From NCBI RefSeq assembly GCF_001194135.2, contig NC_068990.1, positions 71,632,920-71,696,919 of the forward strand: a stretch of 64,000 nucleotides of DNA, given 5' to 3'. Shown here piece after piece: positions 1-11,052 of this stretch. Source of the stretch: Octopus bimaculoides. Lineage: Eukaryota. The position numbers and the translations under genes were made by a program. The notes under the pieces are model-generated. The model was not told the origin of the DNA. It saw nothing but the letters and a program-made list of their open reading frames with translations, and ran no database searches. Numbering within the stretch: the stretch's first letter is position 1; every line of letters starts with the position of its first letter.

Positions 1-456
1 CTTTCTCTGGATTCAGGCTAATATATGTGAGTGTATATGTGTTGCAGCAACATTATCTTTTGTAGGAGAAACACTCTACTTTGAACCTCATCTGATCTTT
101 GTAGAATGTTAGTAATAGTCAAGGGCTGAAGTATTTTCTGGTTATGGATAGATGGCTCAGATTTTTGAGATCTCCAACTCTTATTCTGAGTTAGCTGATC
201 ATTAGTTGATTGAGTGATGGAGAAAGACTTAGTATTCATAACCGGTTGTTTATTCTTAATTCTTGTGTAAGAAGTCAACCTGGTTTGCCTATTCCTCTGA
301 TTTGGCTATTATGATGCTGGCTAATTTCTTAAAGTTTATGATGCAAACAGTTACATCATTTGTACCAGGTTCCTTGCTTCATTTATTGTACTACATTCAT
401 AGCTTCCATGGTCTGTTCATGGAAGCTATGAATATGACATTGAAGTAGGCATGATC

Positions 457-585
457 ATGTTATCCTATATATCCTGGTGGAAGCTCTTCTCGTCTTCTTG
501 AACACAGCACACATCTACCTACCTCTTCTCCAGCACAGAATGAGATGATTGGGCATGGTTGTTTGAATGCTGGTGATTTGACATG
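457..585 (-). repeat. 129-bp repeat, inverted near-identical copy of 6906-7034
   Basis: The reverse complement matches 6906-7034 with one mismatch. One frame reads LEKR*VDVCCVQE, like the AP-endonuclease N-terminus of RTE LINEs. Confidence 0.9.
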
Positions 586-1227
586 ACTGATTGGACATTG
601 AACCTGTTTTGGTGATGGCTTTTGTGGAAACTGGTTTTTATTACAGGAAGCAAACAAGCATGCACATGCAGAAATATGTGTATGTATACATACATACAAT
701 GTGAAGAGAGACATTACAATTTATTAATTGAATTCAATTGATATCAACACTTTCTCCCTCCTCATACACATAAAAAATAAAACTGCTCACATACATGATC
801 TTAGAGAGAAGGAGAAACAATAAAGTCTGTTAAATGGCCCTAAATGCCACAAACATGTCCCCTCTTTACATATGTTTAATGATAGAATACAAATAATTAG
901 GGACAGAGAGTCATGTTTGTAGCAAGTGTTTCACTCTCTCTCTGGTTTTTTTCTGCTTACAATGCCAGGATTTAAATTCACTGTTGGTTCTGTTTTATCA
1001 AAGATGTACAGAAATCCATTGTGGTAAAATTTTTCCTTTCCACATTTTGTCAATATTTCACAAACCCTCATTCACATAGAGTGGAAAATTAAATGAAGTT
1101 TAGCAACCAGGTATTTTAGTAGGTGTGTCTACTAGTTGTCAACTAGAATAAAAACAAAATGAAACGTATGCTTTATTTCTGCAGTCAGTTATACAACAGA
1201 TCATATTTTAAATTATAACATTTAATC

Positions 1228-2100
1228 TTGTCACCTTGGCTCCTGCTGAAACTGAATTTAAGAAAAAAGACCTTCAGCAGCATCAGATGTGACCACGCCT
1301 TGGAGATGTGTCTAAGATGTTCTCCCTTATTACGCCCACTTATATATACCTCTACTATAGTACACCCAGCTCACTCATGGCTGCTGATAACAGGGTCACT
1401 TTTTTTTACAGGTGTCCAGCAGGGTGACTCTCTAGATCCACTCTTCAAACATTGGCTGTTGACAATGCTGCCTGATCAGTATGCTCACCCTTCAAAGTCT
1501 AGTACCTGGATGACACAACCCCAGGTGGCTTGGCTGAGTCTGTTGTTGGGGACCTTCAGCAGGTTATCTTAGCACTAAACTTCTTGGGCTTGAGATCAAC
1601 CTGTTCAAGTCGGTGATAAATCTGAGCTGTGGTGAGGCCACATTTCAGGACGCCGTACTCAACGTTCAGTCTGTCTTGGTGGAGGCTCAGCTGACACCAA
1701 AGGATGCTGACTTCATTCTTGGCTCCCCAATCCTCCTGAAAGCCATAACAGAGCGCCTGGAGACCTGGCACTCTTCATCTTGAGGAATTGATTTGCTCTG
1801 CCTAAGCTTCTTTTCTCACTATGTAGTGTGCCAAGTCACCCTCTCAGAGACCACTTCAGTGATTTTGATGACACCATTCAGTACTGGTCTGAATTGATTG
1901 GCACTATTAGTTCTGACAGTACTGGCTGGCAACAGGCTAAACTGCCTGTCAGAGTCAGTGGAACTGGTTCTGATGGCTATCTTTCTTTGGTCTCCTCCAG
2001 CCACACTCTCATCAGCAAGATACTCCATGGGATGACCGAACAAGATGTGGCTCAGGAATTGGAGTCAACCCTAGCTAGTTGAACTTTCAAAGGCTTTGCC
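1228..2100 (+). mobile_element. Decayed non-LTR retrotransposon reverse transcriptase, CRE-clade-like
   Basis: Frameshifted pieces read LLKLNL..FSSIRCDH, GVQQGDSLDPL, *YLDD (1500-1514) and WQQAKLPVRVSGTG, resembling the CRE-type GVQQGDPLGP, WYLDD and QAxLPxRxGGLG motifs. Stops and frameshifts throughout. Confidence 0.65.
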
Positions 2101-3003
2101 ATCCCCCAGAATATGGCTGTCCATCAAAACAAAATTGTTACAACTTCAAAAGTCCTGGCGACAGAATATCTGATGTCAACTATGTCAGCATCAACTCATT
2201 AACACCAAATAGGTGGAACCAAAATGGCTGTTGTAAAACTTTGTCCCCCTCCTGCATCTCTATATGGTCTCTTCAGATGTATTGTTGATGGTGGTGAACC
2301 TGTTTTGTACTTGACAAGAAGATGGATGTATCCTGTGATGGGTTGTTTGAAAATGTTTCCTGTATATGAAATAGTTTGTGCAGTCATTTTATAAAGGGTC
2401 AGTGGGTTGTTATACATGACCAGATGTTCCCAACTGTTGAACCCACTAATGTACACAAAACTAATAGGATGAGTGTTAGTCTTGTATATGAAATTATAGT
2501 TTTACATTGTATTTGTGGCTGTCATAATTTTGGCATGATTTTATTGGCTGGATGCATTTCTAATCAACCACTTTACAGCATGGGTTGATGGTATTGTATT
2601 GTGCCGTTAGCACAAGTGATTATGTGTCAGGACTAAAGGTGTCCTCTCCACACTCAGTTTTTCACTATCAACAGTGTAAGGATTTGTCTCTCTTATGTAT
2701 TCCTATATAATAGCCTAATAGATAACATACATGCACTTATCTGTGTATCTGTTTGCAATTGTATTAAGTCAGTTTTTAATTGATCTCATCTTGCTCTATA
2801 TTTTCAGTTTTGCTGATTTCTATAATTAGAATATAATTGGTGTTATCTGTTTATATTTTCTAATTATATTAACAGAGGTCAAAATTAGTAGTCATCATAC
2901 TTATTCCTTTACACCCACTATTTTCAACTTATTTAATAAAACTGGTATTTAATAAACTAATATCTCAGCATTAATGATGTTATTGTTGTTAATTCTATTG
3001 TAG

Positions 3004-3074
3004 CTGATGGGTTTAACACCTTTGAAGAATCAAATGCAACAGTTAATGGTTTGAGTGATGCAGATGTGCCACAG
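3004..3074 (+). CDS. Clc: Clc internal exon (71 nt, phase 1 to 0), (A)DGFNTFEESNATVNGLSDADVPQ
   Basis: Acceptor ttctattgtag and donor CAG|GTATGC. Open acidic frame that joins the next exon in phase. Positionally equivalent to vertebrate CLTA exon 2. Confidence 0.85.
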
Positions 3075-6000
3075 GTATGCTGGATTCTTGTTTCTTTCAT
3101 CCTATAATGTATAATACATAATAATCTTTAGTTAGTTTATTGTTACATGAATAAGAATGTAGCCTTTAGAAAGGGCTTGCATGTGTAGAAAATTACAGCA
3201 TTAATGAAAGTTTTAAAAAGATCATTTTCTTTTTGCTTTGTTTTTTAAGTGAAATTTTGAGAAATTGCTTCATTATCATGAAGAAAGTAAAATGAAAATC
3301 CACAGAAATTGTATGGATTTAGAAGACATATGCCAGAGATTTATGAACAAGGAAAAAATGTTTATAACCTTGTTTCTGTACATACTGTGCATTTTAATGG
3401 TTTTTTTAAGCATATACCTGATTCCTTATACCATTTTTTAAAGTTAACTATTAGCTATTTTACTGTCAAATGTCTGCAATTTTACCTAATTAGATATCTT
3501 TTGTAGAAATGTGACATGATCAGTTCATCTTCTCATGATTTTTTTTCCAGTTCGCTCATTTCTGTTTAATAAAACCTTACATATCAAAACCGTTAGAATC
3601 CTCTCCCATTTTTTTCTTCTCTTTGATACATCCAGTATAACTTCATCTTTGTGTCCATATTAGATTGCAGTTTCATTTTAGACTTTTATTTAAAAAGCAT
3701 CCATCAACTTTTTTTTTTATCTATTAAAGCTGAAAAAGACCTTTGAGACTATTGAGGATGAATACTAGATAAAATAATTAATTAAAATCTATCCTCAAAT
3801 TATGTAATCAAGAACTACGAGGTCTGAGTTTTTGGTATACTCTTGTGTGACTGGGATCACCTATTACAGAGACTAACATTGGTTAAATACTTCACACTTC
3901 TGATGTCTGTGAATAATCTGGACGGAGTCAGTCTGTCAAAAAATCATTGACAGCTCAGACTCCTTTACGTTGCTCACATATAGCACTGAAAGTGAAGTTG
4001 TTGTTTAGGACCAGGTTATCAGTAATCAAACAGACCTAATGATTCAAGATATTCCACCTGTAACCATTCTGTCTTTTATTGAGATGGTATATCTAAGACT
4101 GTAATATCCAAGATGTGGCTGTGTGGTAAGAAGCTTGCTTTGCAGCCATTTGGTTTCAGGTTCATTCCTATTGCATGGCACCTTGAGCAAGTATCTTTTA
4201 CTATATCCTCATGCCAACCAAAGCCTTGTGAGTGGATTTGGTAGAGACCAGTTTGGTTACTATTTCTTGTAGGTTAAACAACCATTTAGCTCAGTGTTCC
4301 TTTACATTTTGTAATTCAGCAAACTTTTTTTTTAATAGATGTCTCTTTGCATGTTTTGATAGTAAGAAAAAAAATAATTTTAATCAAGCAGAAGCTAATT
4401 TTGCACATTTATTTATTGTCTATATTTCCATATAGTATTCCATCCAGATTATCTCTGTTTAGACATTTGTGTGGACTAATGTTCCTATTTATTCTCATTT
4501 TAGTTGGTAAAAATTTTTTGTTTAATATACTGTAGTATTAAAGAATAAATATTTAACTTGCTTGCAGACTAATGGACCTACAGATGGAAGTGGTTATGCT
4601 GCTATAGCTCAAGTTGATAAACACCATCGAGAACCTGAGAAAATCAAGTTGTGGAGAGAAGAACAAAAGAAACGGCTTGAACACAAGGGTTAGGTTTTAT
4701 AAAATCATTCTTTTTAACCCTCTTATATTGCATAATGTGTAACTTTCATCTAAAACTTTGTTTTATTACAAATGGTTTACTTCACTTCTAAGACACAATG
4801 TCTGATATAAAAGATGTAGGCTCAATGGTATTCTTGTGGTGCTCATATAGTCTTCCATTGACCTTGTACTTCAGATGCTAGGATGTATTCTGAGGGAGAT
4901 TTGGATGCTATTTCTAGCAGGCCCAGTAAACAGCCTCACTTAAGCTATTGACTAGGCTGCCCCATGATTTTGATCATGTTGGTAACACTTCAGTTTATGT
5001 AGCTGAATTTATAGAGTGGTGTATTTAACTCTATTCTCATTTTATGGTTGATATAGTAGAAATGGGTGGGGAGTGCATTAAGGTTTCAATAATCACTTGT
5101 ATAGATATAAAATATATACTTGCTGGTCAGATTTAATTATTATTTAATTGTCTAAAGTAAATTGCTTACCATCATCATATGGAACAAGGTGGTGAAGCAT
5201 GATCTTCAATCGTTGGGCCTCAAGGGAGGCAATGACTAGTGACCAAGACCTTTGGCAATATGCTGTGCTTGAGAAGACCCGTCAAGCTAAGTGAAAACAT
5301 AGTCGTGGCCGATGCCAGTGTCATGTAATTGGCACCCATGCTGGTTGCATGTAAAAAGCACCTTTCGATCATTGGGCCTTACAGAGGAAATGTAGCTGAT
5401 GTTGGTGTACCTGGCACCCATGCTAGTGGCATATAGAAAGCACCCCTTGAGCATTGGGGCTTACAGAGGTAATGTGGCTGCTGCCAGTGTTCCATAACTA
5501 GCATCTGTGCTGATGGCATGTAAAAAGCACCTGTTGAGTGTTGGGCCTCATGGAGGCAATGTGGTCAATGCCAGTGTTGCATAACTGGCACCTGTGCTGG
5601 TGGCATGTAAAAAACACCTTTTGAGCATTGAGCCTCACGGAGGCACTGTGGCCGATGCCAGTGTTGCGTAACTGGCACCTGTGCTGGTGGCACATAAAAT
5701 TACTTTTCGAGCGTTGGAGCTCATGAAAGCAATGACAAATCACTCTGATCTTTGGCTATAAACCGTGCTTGAGAAGACCTATCAAACCAAGTGAAATCGT
5801 AGTCGTGACAGATACTGGTGCCACTCAACTGACACCTATGCTGATGGCACATAAAAGCACCCATTACACTCTCAAAGTGGTTGGTGTTAGGAAGGGCATC
5901 CAGCCATAGAAACCATGCCAAATCAAACTGGAACCTGATGCAGCCCCTCTGCTTACCAACCCTTGTCAAACCGTCCAATCCGTACCAGCATGGACAACAG

Positions 6001-7173
6001 ATGTTAAAAGATGATGATGATGTATATATCTTAGGCTTTAGACAATACTGTGTCCTGTGTTGTGAGAGGTGACTAAAAGAGTTGGTGGCAGGAGTATCCT
6101 CTTATCACGAATCACTTGCCTTAGGAAACCTGTCCAACCATCAAAAGATGAATATAAAATAAGGATGTTGCCTTCTAAAGTACATTGTTACTTTGTTACT
6201 TGAACGTAAACCCTGTAAAGTGAGTACTTTTTGTTTAGAGCACTTCAAACAAAATGTTGGAAGTAATCTGAAAAAAAATAAATAAACAAGGCTTTGGTCA
6301 GCCTGAGGCTATAATAGAAGACGCTTGCCCAAAGTGTCATTCAGTGGGACTGATCCTGGAACCATGTGGTTGGGAAGCAAGCTTCTTACCACACAAGCAC
6401 TCTTGCACTTATCTGTATAAAACAAAATTAAGTTAAAATTAAAAAAAAAAAGCTTAGGTATAATGTCAGAAAAACAAGATTGATTAGTTATTGATGAAAT
6501 GATTTTTGATCAGATTTAACCTGTGGTTCAACAAAGCATCCATGTAGCTGGATCTTCCATCATCAATGCACAACGAAATGTAACTCATTGATGCGTTATG
6601 TCCATCCGCTGTTGAAGGAAAGAGACTAGGTTGTCATGTTTGCATCAAAGGATTTTGAGAATTCTTTATAAAAACAGTGCATATATAGCATTAGGTATAT
6701 AAGTTGCATGTGGTTGATTCCTATGCTCATAATTGTAAGGTAGAGTAGACATTGGATTGTATGTATTATACAGAAGGAAGATTGAAAGCAATGCAAGCAA
6801 ACCGTGATGTACGACCAAAGTTTCAGAACATGGATCACAGAGCGATCCATAACTACATGCCACAGTGCCTCTGTCTGATGCAAAACTTCCAATTCAAGAA
6901 ACTTCCATGTCAAATCACCAGCATTCAAACAACCATGCCCAATCATCTCATTCTGTGCTGGAGAAGAGGTAGGTAGATGTGTGCTGTGTTCAAGAAGATG
7001 AGAAGAGCTTCCACCAGGATATATAGGATAACATCATCATCCCGAAATATAACAATAAATAAAAACAATTTCATGTTAAACTGTTCAATACTTTCTGTCT
7101 GCTACATATTTATTATTTTGTCTGATGAAATGCTAGCAAAACTTCAGTCAGTTAACACTATTCTTGAAAAAGA

Positions 7174-7206
<33 letters not shown>

Positions 7207-9965
7207 ATATTGTTATTATTTTAAACAGTTTGATTTGGTTCCATGTGACTTAGTTTTACTGACTTCTAACAGAAACCTGTCTCATTCAGGCTTAGATTAC
7301 TGAACATATATATTTTATATTACATTTTATGCTTTTACGATTGTAGATGCTGAAGAAGAAAATAAGAAGGAAATATGGCGTGAAGCTGCAAAGAAAGAGC
7401 TTGAAGATTGGTTGAAAAATCAGGCAGAACAGCTTATTAAGACCAAAGAAAACAACCGGTAATACTACTGTTTTAGTTATAAATCTTCATCTATCAATAA
7501 ATGTTTTTCTCTTTCACTTAAATCAGGTATACAGTTATTGAGATTTTAGTGTTCTTGTCTGATACAAAAAGAATACTCTCAACATTTTATTTACTAAGCA
7601 CTTGCCTACCGTTGCATTGATTGATATACATATTATTGTAGTGTTTAACTTGTCTGCTTTAGTAAGAATTAAATCTTTCAGAAAGATCTGTAGATCTTTG
7701 GAGGCCAAATAAGTAAAATTTATATTATAATCAAATTTGAATTTTGATTGGCATTTTGTTCCTTGCTTATATTTTTGTGTAATTCCTTTAAAAAAGATTA
7801 AAATCTTAAATTAGTAAAACTATTATAATCTGAAACACTGGTATGGAATGACCTAGAAATGTAAGTAGTAACATTGGTGATTGAATGAAAATACAGTGAA
7901 GTTAAAAAAAAAAAAAGACCTGGAATCAAAATTCTCATTCCTGCTTGGACATATTTATTCTGATGTCCTCCTGACAACAGTCTGTTCCACTTGTAGAAGC
8001 TGTAATACCGTCAATATTCTTGAATGAAAACATAGAATGGCTTCTCTAAAATTTTAACTTGGATATGTAAAATAATTGTATCTAGTGTTGTGTATTAGAA
8101 CAAGGGCCAAATGTAAGAGTAATTTAATGCATTGTTGAAGCTTCTTTTTATATAGAGCCTGTTGTTTGATGATGGGCATTCTTAAAGATGTTAAATACTT
8201 CTCTTCCTTACAGCACACTAACATTTTACTATTTTATTGAACTCATGCCAGTACAAACTTTACTAGTCTCTCTAGCCAATGAGGAAATATCTTCAGGAAC
8301 GTTTGATCTACTTGAAATTGCAGCCAAATCTCCCTCAAATCATAGTCTTTATCACTTATTTAGGAGGGAAGGGCAGTACACATGACCCCTTTATAGGACC
8401 TCTGAGACTATTGAAGGGGAAGGACAGTATCCAAGGACCAGTTGGCAGTGTTAAACCAGATGACGGATTAAGTCTGCCACCCCAAACAGTAAATTTTTAA
8501 AATTGTGGCAGATTTAGTGACATTCTTTAGACTTCAACTTTATAACAGGTTTAGACATTTGAATAATTATCACCATGAAGGAAAAACTACAGAAATAAAA
8601 TTCTTGTTTGCCAATGATATATATATCTATTAATTTTCTAAGTTGTATTTATTTCCACTCAACACTGAAAGTAATATTCATTGTGCATGAAATCTTTTGT
8701 GAACAAAGTCAGTAATTTATTGTTCTTTGAAATCTTGTATTATTGTTCTATGCTATGTTTGCTCTTGTCCCCTATATTTTATTGACATTGTTCCCATCTG
8801 TATGGCACTTCCCTACCACGTGTATGGCACTACTGTTCCAACTTTGCGCTAGTGTTATCTTTCAGTATATAAATATGCACTTTTATCTTGTTGATGCTGT
8901 ATAATTAATGCTTTCTTATTTAAGTGCTGTAATATTTGCTTCTTGGTAAGAAAAAGAAAAAAAGTCTTGTTAGTAATTAAGGACAATAGCCAATAACATA
9001 TTTAGCATTTAAGGAGTTCAACTGGTAAGTTCTGCTGTGTTAACTCCTAATCTTTAATAGTTTAAATTTTTATCAACCCCAATCACGTCTGTTCATTCTG
9101 TTACTCAATTTGTTTGTTCTTGAAATTATATTCAAATATAGGATATATCTGGCAGTTGTGAAACTACTTCAACAGAAATTATACAGAATTATAATATACA
9201 TATAGAATAGAATTAAAGAATTAAAATGTTTTGTTTTAAAAAAGCTTGTTGCACTATGTAAAAAGTTACAATTTTGTTTGAAATTGTAATTTTAATAATT
9301 GAATTATTATTATAATAAAAACAAAATAATACTTTATTTGGCAGCTGTGCATTGTTAACCAGCTAGAGGAGATTCCTCTTGAGGTTAAAACATTGCAGTA
9401 AAGTCCATTTGAATGGAACAGCCATATTGAAGTGGCTATGAACATTAATTTTATATTATCTTTAGGTTTCACCTTTTTCCTTTTTAGATTTTTTTTTTTT
9501 TTTTTTTTAGAGATGACAGGTGATGCAATTTCATCCTGCTTTCAAGCCTCTTATTATCGTGACTTAAATTGTCTCCCTCCATCATGAAACACTATGAACT
9601 TTGTGAACATTGTAGATCAGTAATTCCTCACCAAGCTATTTCCCCCTATGCTCCGGTAACATCTCTTTGAATATAAACATGTCAAACTGATTTCTTTATA
9701 CGTCGTCTTTGGTGCACTTGTAAGTGTGTATCTCATTGTTCTTCCACAGAGCTGCTGCCGCAGCCGAGCTTGCAGACATCACTTGTGGGTAAGACTAAAA
9801 CTGTAGCGACGCACTCTAAGTAGACTTTAGACATTTGCTGTTGTTGTCATTGTTGTTGTCAGTTCGTCTGTAATCTTTATTTATCTTTAGTTCCACTGTA
9901 GAAATTTATTTTATTTTTAAAGGGATCATTTTATTTCTTTAGCATGACCATCATTCTGATTATAG

Positions 9966-9996
<31 letters not shown>

Positions 9997-11002
9997 TTTT
10001 AATCACATCTTATTAGAAACCTCTTAATTCCTCCTACAGTCTGTACAACCACCTCAAATACACTGACTGTAGTGTTATAGCATTTGTCTGTTATTTATTT
10101 GCCAGATATCTGATTTTTGTATGACTTACTATCAGCAGCCAACTTAGTCAGTCTCAAAGGTCTTTTATTCAGAAAATGTATTTTGTTATCCTGTAGCAAT
10201 ATTTTATCATCGTGTAACGTTTGTCTACCATGCTGGTATGAGTTTGATGGTGCCACAGGATCTAACAAGCCAGAGGATTGTGTGTTGAGCTCCCATGTCT
10301 ATTTTAGCATGGTTTCTATAGCTGGATTCCCTTTCTAATACCAATCATCTTGAGTACTTTTATGTGGTACCGGCACTACTGAGTTCAACTTGCAAGTCAA
10401 AGAAAAAGATCTCCCAAATGAGTGGAGGTGTAGTAGAGAGGGAGGTGGCTTTATGTCAAGTTTTGAGCTGCTTAAAGCATGACAGACAGTCACGGTTGTC
10501 TTGCTACAGAGGAGATACAAGGCTACTTTGCATCACATAATAGTGGGTGGGTGTAACTGGAAAGAGATAAAGATGGTGGTGCTAAGGTACCAGAGCATAC
10601 TCTCAAGGTACAAAAAGGTGAGTATGAAAGAATATGGGAAGAGAGTAGGAAAGGGTGGATTGATAAGTTTGTAAGAGTGTGAGAAGAGAGTGACAGCTGG
10701 TTAGGGTTGAGTATTGTAAATGATGTGTGGAGAAATAGTCAATGGTAAATACCTGTTTGAATTCCTACAAGGATCCCTAGAGGTAGATAGTTGTAACATA
10801 TTTGCTCTAAGTGACTGTGGAAGTGCCTTTATGACCAGCTGCTTCTCAAAAAATCTGTATTCTCCTCCCCAACTGAAACCAGCTTGTTAAAGATAGTAAA
10901 AATTAATGTTAATTTACTATGTTTTGGAAAATAGAATCAAGGTTGAGCATCCAGATAAAGTTAACCATATGTAGAATAATGATAATAAAAGTTATATATG
11001 TA

Positions 11003-11052
<50 letters not shown>

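Noticed and set aside
4112-4190. tRNA gene-like A and B boxes (also at 6340-6410, 19045-19110, 41291-41360)
   Set aside because: No complete cloverleaf, and each continues into the same SINE core, so these are tRNA-derived SINE heads.
5305-5735. Regularly spaced repeats as a CRISPR array
   Set aside because: Eukaryotic intron. The units are whole diverged tandem copies with no unique spacers and no cas genes.
6540-7075. Cys-rich stretch suggesting a piggyBac C-terminal domain (RCVLCSRR, GCHVCIK)
   Set aside because: No DDD core or TTAA ends nearby. An alternative frame (VDVCCVQE) fits a LINE endonuclease at least as well.
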